From Octopus sinensis (lineage: Eukaryota), in contig NC_043009.1 in NCBI RefSeq assembly GCF_006345805.1, positions 62,248,001 through 62,312,000 on the forward strand: a stretch of DNA of 64,000 nucleotides, in the 5' to 3' direction. Under the pieces are notes generated by a model that was not told the origin of the DNA, did not search any database, and worked only from the letters and a program-made list of their open reading frames with translations. Below are positions 1 to 12,021 of the stretch, one piece after another (the first letter of the stretch is position 1; every line of letters starts with the position of its first letter). Position numbers and translations under genes: made by a program.

Positions 1-38
<38 letters not shown>

Positions 39-293
39 TGTGTGTGTTTGTGCGTCTGTATTTGTCCCTCTAGCATTGCTTGACAACCGATGCTGGTGTG
101 TTTATGTCCCCGTTACTTAGCGGTTCGGCAAAAGAGACCGATAGAATAAGTACTGGGCTTACATAAAAATAACTCTCGGGGTCGAGTTGCTCGATTAAAG
201 GCGGTGCTCCAGCATGGCCGCAGTCAAATGACTGAAACAAGTAAAGGAGTAAAGAGTAAAGAGTATACCTTTTTTGCTGTTTTCTTCATCTTT

Positions 294-412
294 TGCACTG
301 AGGAGAATGGTAATACGTAATTAAACTAATTTCATTTAATTATTATCATAATCAATTTAATTTTCCCATGTTTCTTACATGTTGGTATTATCATTCGAAA
401 CGATCGTATGCA
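294..412 (+). ncRNA. Type I hammerhead ribozyme motif with long stem II
   Basis: Stem I TGCA(294-297)/TGCA(409-412); core CTGAGGA 298-304; 12-bp stem II GAATGGTAATAC(305-316)/GTATTATCATTC(385-396); GAAA 397-400; stem III AC-GATC-GT; GUA triplet, predicted cut after 408. Confidence 0.8.
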
Positions 413-540
413 TGGATTAAAACTTTATAAAAACTTTTTTAACATCTTCTATTCTCCATTTCTCAACTGTTCTTGAGTTTATATAGGATTACATCCTATA
501 ATTGCTCGTAACACATTTTTACTTGTTATATATATATACA

Positions 541-945
541 CACAGGGAGGGGTTGGACAAAATAATGAAAACACCTTAAAATTTCAAACAAATTTATTTT
601 AATATAGGGCAGGACCGACTTTGCCAGTAATTACATCTTAAATTCTACGAGATATGGACTCGTACAATGTTTGAATTGTTTCAAAAGGAATTTTTGTCCA
701 TTCTACAGCTAAAACTGTCTCCAGTTCTTGTAGTGATGATGATGGGTGTTATCGAACCCTTACTTGTTTTTTTTTTAAATGCATCATAAATGTTCAATAA
801 TTTTGAGATCTGGGGACTGTGGTGGCCAGATAAGATGTTCAACTTCACTAGAATGTTCCTCGTGCCATTCAGTAACAACTTTAGCAGTGTGAATTGGTGC
901 ATTATCATTCTGAAAATTGTGAAGTAAAACATTTATGCGAATGGA
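541..945 (-). mobile_element. Tc1-like DNA transposon remnant (3' end of transposase plus TIR-like end)
   Basis: A minus frame reads FQNDNAPIHTAKVVTEWHEEH...LIWPPQSPDLKIIEHL* (Tc1 catalytic motifs, with stops). cagggaggggttggacaaaataatgaaaacacc near 543 resembles a Tc1 terminus. Confidence 0.8.
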
Positions 946-1254
946 AAAAATTTGAGATATTTGTAAAAATAAAGTAAAATTAGGACTCGAGTTTCGGGTT
1001 AAACCTGGTTAACCATATAAGACAGTTGGATTGCTGATAATTAAAGATGGTTGCTTCTTTATTACCCACAGGGTGGGGAGAAAATATGGAAGATGTAAGT
1101 TATGTACAAAGGAAGCAATCAGTATACTTCGTACAGACAAGAAATTTTTGATAAAATATTCGACGTTATAATTGCATTGCATCCGTAGTGAGTGAACATT
1201 GAGAAATTCAATAAGAAATAAGGTTCACATAACGTTATACGTGAACCATTAGTT

Positions 1255-1600
1255 CTGAGGGAGAAAGTAATTTTGCCTCTATTGCATATCAAATTAGGCT
1301 TTAACAAACAGTTTGTTAAGAAGTTAAATCTAGAAGAGCCACCATTTTTTGTACTTGAAAACTAAGCTTACCAAAGTAAGCCATGCGAAAATCAAAGAAG
1401 GAGTGTTTGTCGGTCCTCAAATTCGGCAACTTTTGACAGACGATAATTTTGAAAACACCTTAAATGTATTGGAATTGGATGCATGGCAAAGTTTCAGCTA
1501 ACCATGAAGTACTTATAGAAAAGTTGATTGATTTGTACCAATCGTTAGGGTGTAATATGTCGTTAAAAGTTCACTATTTGCATTCGTATCTAGCTAAGTG
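1255..1600 (+). mobile_element. Degenerate DNA transposase fragment, Chapaev/CMC-like
   Basis: Reads ILPLLHIKLGFNKQFVKKL...AKIKEGVFVGPQIRQLL...LDAWQSF...LGCNMSLKVHYLHS, with frameshifts. Family assignment from recalled motifs. Confidence 0.6.
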
Positions 1601-1610
1601 ATTATTATTA

Positions 1611-2731
1611 CCATAATAATAATCACTTCACCTGTGCTTCGAAGAACTTAATCTATATTCTCAAATGTGGAGGGTGTGGTGGAAACTACATAGGTCAAAC
1701 TAATTTAACCTTGAGGGACAGACTAACGGTGCACAGGTAAAAAATCCGGGACCCCACGACTAGGAAAATTCCCGTAAGCAAACCCCAATACCAATGGCCC
1801 ATAAACATAAACCCGAAATACCAAATTTTCCCTCTCTGTCAATGCACCTGAAACACTTCAGCCCAATTGCGTTTAAATAAGGAAAGCGTACTCATCAAAA
1901 ATATAGACAACAGTTTAATATCGTTTAGAAGAGTCAATTTCTCCACACACAAAGAAAACAACAACCAGGAGCAATAGACAATTTTAAAAACTTTAAAACC
2001 ACTCGGTTTTCGAAACTGCAACTCCAAATCACCATACAATAAGACCACATAAGCACAAGTTGCCGCCGTCACCGATCTGTAGACCAATGAAATATTACAA
2101 ACACCAGTTGCTGACGTCACCTAACACTAGACAAATGAATTTTTACCTCCGATCAAAACCGACTTCAGCAAATACAACAAAATGACTTCAGCAAATACAA
2201 CAAAATGACTCATTAAGAGAATCAACTAACAGGGAAACTAGCCAGGCAGAACAACAAGACGTCACCAGTACTTTAACAACCCAAAAATGAGATCCGCTCG
2301 CGGGAAAAAAATTATAAATACACCAGATTCCAAGACACACCGTTTCAAGTAAAAATTCTTCCACACGATGGAAAGAGAATCAAAGAAATTGTAAACCAAA
2401 TCCCTTTTTTTACTATCTTCATTTCTCCCTTGTTTTTCTCCCTCTTAACTCACTATCATTGAAACTTTGCTGACATTTATTTCTGGTCGATCACTATTAA
2501 CACTAATGAACGTTGCACATTTAAATAAGTTGATGCACAGTTTTTATATTATTCACTGTTATGAACATCGAAACTTTTGAACAGGTTTTTCTAATTCGTA
2601 ATTCAAAATTTTTACAATTGATAAACAAAAAATATTGTTCAAACTAGTTTGGTATATAAAGTAAATAAATATATTTTAAACAATTACAATTTTTTCAAAT
2701 TTAGGTGCATTTTCAACAGCAAATTTGCCTA
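1611..2731 (+). mobile_element. Penelope-like element fragment (GIY-YIG endonuclease and 3' region), left arm of an inverted repeat
   Basis: HFTCASKNLIYILKCGGCGGNYIGQTNLTLRDRLTVHR* starting near 1622; reverse complement of 3294-4440. Confidence 0.8.
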
Positions 2732-3115
2732 TATATACAAAATGGAATAAGAACGCAAAACATCCAGACAGTTAGGTGATACAAAAAAGGGACAACATAG
2801 ACACCTGTTGTTATGTCCTGTTATTTGTATTTGTGTAACATTCTCCGTTTTTCCCCGTCCTTGTTTTCGTATACATTTGCTGCTTTCTTTCAAGGAATCT
2901 AATGCTCTTAGCTTAGTTTTTCCTTGGGGCTGGCCAGATTGGAGCAATATCGAGTATAACCAGCCGAAATTGCAAAGATAATCTGGAACTCGACTGAGGA
3001 AAGAAAACTCCGAATGACCCTCCTTGTTTTCTTTGTATCGTCTATCTGGATGTTTTGTTGTCCCTTTTTTGTATCTCCTAGTTGTCCGAATCTTTTGCGT
3101 TCTTGTCCCATTTTG

Positions 3116-3185
<70 letters not shown>

Positions 3186-3187
3186 AC

Positions 3188-3234
3188 TAGTTTGATAAGT
3201 ACAACGCTCGAAACTCTCGGGCCTTGAGTCACTG
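3188..3234 (+). ncRNA. Degenerate type I hammerhead-like motif
   Basis: Stem I TAGT/ACTG, core TTGATAA (two changes from CTGATGA), GAAA 3210-3213, stem III ACTC/GAGT, GUC triplet; stem II poorly paired. Confidence 0.4.
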
Positions 3235-3293
3235 TTGTTTCTGTTAAATATTAAACATCTATATAATTATATATAATCACACACTCACGCACG

Positions 3294-4900
3294 TAGGCAA
3301 ATTTGCTGTTGAAAAAATGCACCTAAATTTGAAAAAAACTTGTAATTGTTTAAAATGAATTTATTTACTTTATATACCAAACTAGTTTCAGCAATATTTT
3401 TTGTTTATCAATTGTAAAATTTTGAATTACGAATTAGAAAAACCTGTTCAAAAGTTTCGATGTTCATAACAGTGAATAATATAAAAACTGTGCATCAACT
3501 TATTTAAATGTGCAAAGTTCATTAGTGTTAATAGTGATCGACCAGAAATAAATGTCAGCAAAGTTTCAATGATAGTGAGTTAAGAGGGAGAAAAACAAGG
3601 GAGAAATGAAGATAGTAAAAAAGGGATTTGGTTTACAATTTCTTTGATTCTCTTTCCATCGTGTGTAGGAACTTTCGCTTGTAACGGTGTGTTTTGGAAT
3701 CTGGTGTTTTTATAATTTTTTTTCCCACGAGCGGATCCGATTTTCGATTCGTTAAAGTGCTGGTGACATCTTGTTTTTCCGGTGGTCAAGTTTGTCGTTC
3801 TACCTGGTTGACTTCCAGTCGATTGATTCAGCCGTTCCAGTCGACTGATTCTCTGAAAGGGTCATTTTGTTGTGTTTGCTGAAGTCGGTTTTGATCGGAG
3901 GTAAAATTTCATTTATCTAGTGTTAGGTGACGTCAGCAACTGGTGTTTATAAAATTTCATTGGTCTACAGATCGGTGACGTCGGCAATTGGTGTTTGTGT
4001 GGTGTTATTGTATGGTGATCTGGAGTTGCGGTTTCGAAAACCTGGTGGAAGACTGTTACTAAAGTTTTTTTTATAATTGTCTGTTGTTCCTGGTTTTTTT
4101 TTTTTTTTTGAGAAATTGACTCTTCTAAGCGATATTAAGCTGTCGTTTATATTTTTAATGAGTACGTTTTCCTTATTTAAACGCAATTGGGTTGAAGTGT
4201 TTCAGGTGCATTGACAAGAGGGAAGATTTGGTATTTCGGTTTATGTTTACGGGCCATTGGTCCAGGCGTTTGCTAATGGGAATTTTCCTAGTCGTGGGGT
4301 CCAAGATTTGTTGCTTGTGCACCGTTAGTTTGTCCCTCAATGTTAAATTAGTTTGACTTATGTAGTTTCCACCACACCCTCCACATTTGGGAACATAGAT
4401 TAAGTTCTTCGAAGCACAGGTGAAGTGATTTTTTTTATGGAAAAGGTTTGACCTGACTTAAATTTGTATGCTGAGCCCTCTCAAAGGAAGATGTAAGTTC
4501 CGCACTTTCTGACTAGTGGGGTTGTATTTTTGGTGGGTAATTTGGCACTGGTGAGCAACTTTTTTAAGGATTGCGGTTGCCTCTTGCTTTTGTTAATCCT
4601 ATGTGTTTCCAGTGCCTTTTGTATTCGCAGGTCTTTCATAAGAAGGGGTATGTTTTGGTTGATGATGTTACATGCTTCCATGTTTCTCGGATTGCGTATT
4701 GATACGTAAGTTAAAGTTTTAAGTGTGTCATGAAGATTTCTTGTCTTCCGTAACTTTTGGATATCTATCACTTTTCAGCGTGACGAGTGACAAACTAAGA
4801 AGAACAAAGATATATGGAATACCATTCAAGATAAGTTCTCCATTTATTGAAATTGTTTTCGTTTGGAGAGATGGCCGACCAATTCTGAATAAGAAGGAGC
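3294..4900 (-). mobile_element. Penelope-like element fragment (linker, GIY-YIG, 3' region), right arm of the inverted repeat
   Basis: ORF 4481-4771 (…KSKRQPQSLKKLLTSAKLP…VRKCG) leads into FKSGQTF…HFTCASKN…; disrupted by stops and frameshifts. Confidence 0.8.
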
Positions 4901-6018
4901 GATACGCTCAAGCTTAAAAAGAATTCTCCGAAATTAACATAATATTTGCCACAAAGCCAGCAATTTCAGGTGAGGGCCTAAGTCGATTACCTTGACCCCT
5001 GCGTTCAATTCGTATTTATTTTATAGAACCTACAGGGATGGATGGCAAAAATCGACTTCGGCGGAATTTGAACTCAGAACGTAAAGATGGGGGAAGTTCC
5101 GCTAAGAATTTTACCTGGCGTGCTAACGATTTTTCCTGCTCACCGCCTTCAAAATTGACATAATATTAAGGAAAAGAGTAGTGTGGTGCATTAGTGTGAA
5201 TTGTAGAAGGCTTTGCTGTGAGTCCGTATGTATACGGGTGCGAATTACATCCAGACTGCCACGCAGTACACTTTAAATTTGATTCCATCGAGGTTGACTT
5301 GTATTCATTCCGGTATCTGTAAGATAAATACTATTTCAGAATTAAAGTTGATGTAATTAACTTACCCACTCCCTTGAAACTGCAGACTTTGTGCAAAAAT
5401 TTGAAACGAAAGTCAAAGAAGGAGTGTAGGATTTTTTTTTCCTCGAATCAAGCAAACGGATATGTTCTACTTTACGAAATATTTTCTAATGTCGTAAGCA
5501 CACAGGAATGTTATCACGTGTACTGCATTTGAAAAACACATGAACAGCCTACTGTGCATGTGGCTGAGCACTCCACAGACACGTATAGCCTTAAAGTTTC
5601 ATCCGCATATGACCAACAATTACGAAAAACTGAATAGAAAACCGGTTTTTTTGCTCTTAAATACTTCATTTTTGACAGTATTCGACCAGATGACTCAACA
5701 ATGGTTTAAAACTATTATTGATTAATATTCTTTATTTAACTTGCGACACATCTATGAAATACTGTGAAACATAACCTTTTCGCATTTTTGTAGAGTTACA
5801 CCTAAGAAAGCTGTTTCAAGGAACACAGTTTTTTTTTTTGCTTTTGTTGCAAAAGAACGGCTATGTTGCGTCGTTTCTGGAAATTATTTGTTCTTTGTCC
5901 CTGTGCATCCGGGTTCTACAGAAAACTGCAAAACATGGACACTCCTCCCCCTACAAGAGCTTCGCCTTTTTGAAGAGGGCTATGTCTAGGTCAACCTTCC
6001 ACTCTCACTCCTTAGTTC

Positions 6019-6873
6019 GCCGAAAGGATGAAAGGCAAAGTCGACCACGGCGGAATTTGAACTCAGAAAGTAGTGACAGACGAAATACCTATTTCTTTAC
6101 TACTCACAAGGGGAGAAACACAGAAAGGGCAAACAAGGACAGACAAAAGGATTAAGTCGATTATATCGACCCTAGTGCGTAACTGGTACTTAATTTATCG
6201 ACCCCGAAAGGATGAAAGGCAAAGTCGACCTCGGCGGAATTTAAACTCGGAACGTAGCGGCAGACGAAATACCTATTTCTTTACTACCCTCGAGGGGCTA
6301 AACACAGAGAGGACAAACAAGGACAGACAAACGGATTAAGTCGATTACATCGACGACCGTGCGTAACTGGTACTTATTTAACCGACCCCGAAAGGATGAA
6401 AGGCAAAGTCGACCTCGACGGAATTTAAACTCGGAACGTAGCGGCAGACGAAATACTTATTTCTATACTACCCACAAGGGGCTAAACACAGAGAGGACAA
6501 ACAAGGACAGACAGACGGATTAAATCGATTATATCGACCCCAGTGCGTAACTGGTACTTAATTTATCGACCCCGTAAGGATGAAAGGCAAAGTCGACCTC
6601 GGCGGAATTTAAACTCGGAACGTAGCGGCAGACGAAATACTTATTTCTATACTACCCACAAGGGGCTAAACACAGAGAGGACAAACAAGGACAGACAGAC
6701 GGATTAAATCGATTATATCGACCCCAGTGCGTAACTGGTACTTAATTTATCGACCCCGAAAGGATGAAAGGCAAAGTCGACCTCGGCGGAATTTGAACTC
6801 AGAACGTATCGGCAGACGAAATACTGCTAAGCATTTCGCCCCGTGCGCTAACGTTTCTGCCAGCTCGCTGCCT
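6019..6873 (-). mobile_element. Concatemeric tRNA-derived SINE (family B): one head plus four further tandem units of about 183 bp
   Basis: ccgaaaggatgaaaggcaaagtcgacc recurs near 6020, 6203, 6386, 6568 and 6753; the tRNA-like head (ggcagcgagctggcagaaacgttagc) occurs only at the right end. Confidence 0.85.
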
Positions 6874-7217
6874 TGCACACACTAACGTTTCCGCTAATCC
6901 ACTGAAGCATTTACATCCTTAATGCAAGAAAAGTAACTCTATATAGTTTCTCCTTATTTAGCTCCCCTATTAAGGCTATTTCCGTAATTTTTTTACTGTT
7001 AGTGTAAAAACACTTGCAATAAATTCAAATTTTGGGAAAATAAAAATAAAATAACAGATTTATTCGTTTGGTATTTACGAGTTATGTCAACAAATAAGAA
7101 AGTCACACCCAGTTTTGCATTATTTTCGGGACAACCTTTGTTGCGTGCATATAATGACCCGTCCGTGTTTTTTGTATCGTCTATTTGAATGTTTTGCGTC
7201 CTTGTCCCATTGTGTAT

Positions 7218-7278
<61 letters not shown>

Positions 7279-7303
7279 GTGTATGTGTGTGTGTATGTAT
7301 GTA

Positions 7304-7337
<34 letters not shown>

Positions 7338-7452
7338 ATGTTTTTAAGTGATCCGGTTTTCGCAGTACATTTGTTTAGTAGTGTTTATGCACGAGATCAA
7401 AGCTGACACACACATACTCTCTCTCTCTTTCTCTTCTCTCTCTCTTTCTCTT

Positions 7453-7484
<32 letters not shown>

Positions 7485-7632
7485 CTCTTTCTCTTTCTCT
7501 CTCTGATAAACAAGCGTGAGAAGGCCACTGTTTGCATTTCTAGCAATCAATCACAATTTAAGGCGTATTTCCATAGAAACACTTCGATCGGTGAAACATG
7601 TTATAATCTATATAAGAATTATAACCATAATA

Positions 7633-7819
7633 GGCGTAGGAGTGGCTGTGTGGTAAGTAGCTTGCTTACCAACCACTTGGTTCCGGGTTCAGTCCCACTG
7701 CGTGGCACCTTGGGCAAGTGTCTTCTACTATAGCCTCGGGCCGACCAAAGCCTTGTGAGTGGATTTGGTATACGGAAACTGAAAGAAGCCCATTGTATAT
7801 ATATGTGTGTGTATGTGTA

Positions 7820-7868
<49 letters not shown>

Positions 7869-8070
7869 TTGTCTCCCCAACATCGCTTGACAACCGATTG
7901 TGGTGTGTTTACGTTCCCGTAACATAGCGGTTAGGCAAAAGACACCAATAGAATACGTACTAGACTAACAAAGAATAAGTCCTGGGGGGTCGACTTGTTC
8001 GACTAAAGGCGGTGCTTCAGCATGGCCGCAGTCAAATGACTGAAACAAGTAAAAAGAGTAAAAGAATAAA
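7633..8070 (+). mobile_element. tRNA-derived SINE family A, full length (other copies or fragments at 36-265, 41454-41885, 45184-45580, 54130-54325 minus, 56105-56455)
   Basis: ggcgtaggagtggctgtgtggtaag…ggttcagtcc head (A/B-box-like), CORE-like caccttgggcaagtgtc, internal (TA)/(GT) tract, tail ggcggtgctccagcatggccgcagtcaaatgactgaaacaagtaaaag. Confidence 0.85.
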
Positions 8071-9185
8071 ATAATATTCTAGTTCCTATATACATCGAGT
8101 CCTTTTCAGAACAATGGACGGTTTTATTGATAAAATATAGAATATAAACAAAACAGTTTTGTGCCATTGGACACAGCAAACCCACTGAATCGATACGCCA
8201 CTCTAGAGTCCTCTGTGTGTGTGCGTGCGTGTGTGTACATATCCTTTTAGTCATTCTTCGTTTGAGTTAATGTAAATTTATTGTTATCGTACATATTTCA
8301 TAAGCAAACTGTCATGGCCGACACCTGCTTCCGATTTCGTGTCAGCGTACAGATATGCACAATGACTATAACGTCACTCGTAGGTAAGTCCAGCGATGGT
8401 TTAACAGTTTCACTTTCGTTCATCGATTCGCCGGTGACTCTACATTTTCTAAATTTACTCATCTGTTCAAACCTGTTTGTTGTTGTTGGCTTGCTCGGAT
8501 GCAATGGCAGCTACACCAGATGGGTCCCTTAGCTACGAGACTAGACCAGATGGGTCTTCAGCTTCAATGCTCTTCTGCAGTTGTAGATAAATACTCGGTA
8601 TTCGGACAGGATGCCAAATGCACTTTTGCGAAGGACAAGGAACCGAAGATAAGAAACCAAACGGACATAAAAACGAACGGACACAATGCCGAACGGACAA
8701 AATGCCGAAAAGACACACGAAAGTTAAATTATAAGATAATCATTTTAGTTCTGCAATATAACCATTTGACAAACTAAAATGGTCATTAAACAATGTAGGT
8801 AGGATTTTTTTTATTGTGTCCGTTCGGCTTCTTGGCTTCGGAAAAAGTGCAAGAGACATCCTACCGCGCTCGAAATAGTCGACTCTTTTCGAAAGTCCTT
8901 ATCGCGACTGCGCCGTCCATCTAATGAACGTTTCACTCCTTCTCTACAAACGCGCAATAGAAAAGATATTTCAGAAGTCGCCATTCATCTATTCTGGAAA
9001 TGCGACTAGGGTAACGCATCTTAGATACATGTTAATTAATAAATTCATTACTGCGTTTGATTAGTATTACTAAACTTCCTCAAGGTGGTGCCCCAGCATG
9101 GCCGCAGTCTAATGAGTGAAACAAATAAAAGAACAAGGTCATCAATACCGGAGCGACCCCAATACTCAACGGTACTTATTCTATC

Positions 9186-9420
9186 GAAGGCGGCGAGCTG
9201 GCAGAAACGTTAGCGCGCCAGGCGAAATGCTTAGCGGTATTTCGTCTGCCGTTACGTTCTGAGTTCAAATTCCGCCGAGGTCGACTTTGCCTTTCATCCT
9301 TTCGGGGTCGATTAAATAAGTACAGTTACGCACTGGGGTCGATATACTCGATTTAATCCGTCTGTCTGTCCTTGTTCGTCCTCTCTGTGTTTAGCCCCTT
9401 GTGGCTAGTAAAGAAATAGG
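9186..9420 (+). mobile_element. tRNA-derived SINE family B monomer (many further copies, e.g. 29805-30036 minus, 28144-28500, 63040-63240)
   Basis: ggcggcgagctggcagaaacgttagc…gagttcaaattcc (B box)…gtcgactttgcctttcatcctttcggggtcga…; dispersed copies throughout the window. Confidence 0.85.
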
Positions 9421-10769
9421 TCCTAATCTATCGACCCCGAAAGAATGAAAGGCAAGGTCTACCCTGGCGGAATTTGAACTCAAAGTGTCGTACCGACAGA
9501 TGAAATGCTATCAAGGAATTTCTCCGACGTGCTAACGATTCTACCATCTCACCGCCTTGGTTTGATTGTATTAATATTAATTAATTATTCAGGGTGGCTA
9601 TATGCTTAACGGCATCACTTCTGATTCTTTACGTTCTCAGTTCAAATCTCAGTGAGGTCAGCTTTAACTTTCTTCCTTTCGGGGTCGATAAAATAAATCG
9701 TGGGTGAGCACTGGGATGAGGTGGGGGGGTGTCAATGTGATTGACTTTCCCCTTCCCTAAGATCGCGGTATCGATTCTTCCTGACTGAACGGTGCCTTGT
9801 TTTAGTGAACCAAACGCTCCATATCACGTTACTCCAGTCTGCTCAGCTGGTAATGATGAGTAATCCTACAACGGACTGGCGTCCCGTCCAGGGAGGAAAA
9901 TATACGCCAGAGACACTGGAGAGCCGGTCCTATGCTCCTTACGGAGTAATGTGGACTAACCCCACTTCTATGAGTCCTAAAACTCTAGACAGAAATATCC
10001 AGGGAACTCACAATGCGTTTTCTTCCTTATCGATCTTCGGGAGATGTAAGATGAATCTTAGCACGTCTTTGTTTCAATATAAATTATTTAATGGCTTCAG
10101 AGTAAGTCCTTTTTACTCAGTGGTTTTTCAAAAACTTTACAATACCAATGCCTGTCTACAAATACTCGGAGTTTTTTGTTTGTGATTTTATATTTTTTTC
10201 CTGCTTTCTACTCCATTTCAATGAAAAGCCTGGTCAGAGTTTGTATCTAGGTTTAAACGTTTAAAAGATAAATGTGAATTTTTATAAGTGACAATTTGTT
10301 CGTCCTCTCACCTTTTTCAATCATCACAGTCCTACATTCACAGTGAATAATAATGATTCTAGTGTACCTGTCCGCTGAGTCACAATGTTTCCATTGATTG
10401 TTGCAGGTAGAAGAAAATAACAACAAAAAGAAACATTAAGATAGCTTTCGCTATCATGATCAATTGCTTAATAAATAAGTAATTCATCATCATCATCGTT
10501 AATATCGTATATTGTATATATATATTTATAGATATCCGAAGGCTATTAATCATTTCTTTCATGAGGTTCCATTCACAACTCAAACCGGTTTAAAACCAGT
10601 TCTGTCTTGTTTGGACTTGCTTAACCTGGTTGATAACAATGGTGTGAAAACTTCATTTGGATTATTTCCACGTTTACTCGAATATCCCGAAAAAGTTTGT
10701 TTATTATGCCCCTTCTTACATAAGTTATTTACCGAATATATAAATCAGAAGAATGTGATTTAGTGACGT

Positions 10770-11875
10770 TCATGCCTTTATCAAGCGCACCTGTCTATCT
10801 AATCATACATATATACACACATACATCCTCTCGGAGGATACAGAACGCTGGAAATATTGTGCACCTGAAACAGGAGTTGGATGCAGTATACAGGTGGGCT
10901 GAGGACAAAAACATGCAGTTTAATGCTGGAAAATTCCACACAAAGCTGAACGAAATGCTGAAAGAAAACACTGGCCCGAGAGGAATTGCAATTCCCGAGA
11001 GGAATTGCAATCCCTAACCATGTACTCTTGCTATGTTAATGATTTCAAGAAAGTAGTAAAAACACTCCCACATTTCCCGGGAGGAATTGCAATCTCTGAA
11101 TCAAAACCAGTGCACGACTTAGCAATTGGCATGAGTAATGGCTCATCTTTCCAGGTGCATATTAATAATTTGGCAATAAGATGCAGATGGATAGCCGGAT
11201 AGATCCTTCAAACTTTCAGAACGAGAGAACAGGAAACGATGGTGGTCCTTTGGAGAACATATGTCCTCATCCGCTTAGGCTACTGTTCCCAACTGTGGTC
11301 ATCACACAGTATAAAATTTACGGCGGAAATTGAAGCAATTCAGCGAAGCTACACAAAGAAAATCAACTCGATGCAACGTGTCAGCTACTGGGAAAGGTTG
11401 AGAAAATTAATGCCATGCTCCCTAAAACGAAGGCGGGAAAGATATGCTGTGATATAGATCTGGAAGATCCTGGAAGAACTTGTACCAAATTTTGGCATTG
11501 AAACTTACATAGACAGCAGAACGGGGCGCCGCTGCATAGTACCATGGGCCTCAACATCGCCATCAAAATACAGGACTAGATACTGCAACAGTTTGGGTTT
11601 CAAAGGTCCACAGCTCTTCAATATCCTTCCAAAATTACTGAGAGACCTGCATGGTTTGAATGTAGATGTCTTCAAAACAAAACTGGATTTCCTTCTGTCA
11701 AAGGTTTCGGATGTGCCTACATCAAGGTAGGAAACACAGATAAGGACAGCAGCATCAAACTCCATCATTCACTAAATGCCACATATCATACGAAGTTTCA
11801 AATAATGAAGGTGTAGCAAAACGAACAGTGGTGCCTCAACATGACCGCAGCTTCCGAGATTAAACTACTTAAAGA
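10770..11875 (+). mobile_element. CR1/L2-group LINE, 5'-truncated degenerate 3' end
   Basis: WAEDKNMQFNAGKF; LWRTYVLIRLGYCSQLWS…EIEAIQRSYTKKI…YWERLRKL…SLKRRRERY; FKGPQLFNILPK…VFKTKLDFLL. A second remnant lies at about 12540-12760. Confidence 0.85.
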
Positions 11876-11932
<57 letters not shown>

Positions 11933-11977
11933 CATACACATATATATATAAATTACATATATATATATATATGTATG

Positions 11978-12021
<44 letters not shown>

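Noticed and set aside
2920-3020. Hammerhead-like pieces (GGCTGG…CCAGCC GAAA; CTGAGGA…CGAAT), also at 51380-51485
   Set aside because: The first lacks CUGANGA; the second has GAAT and no stem I. Treated as ordinary Penelope-associated repeat sequence.
5990-6873. CRISPR-like regular repeat array
   Set aside because: Units are whole 183-bp SINE bodies with no unique spacers, in eukaryotic DNA.
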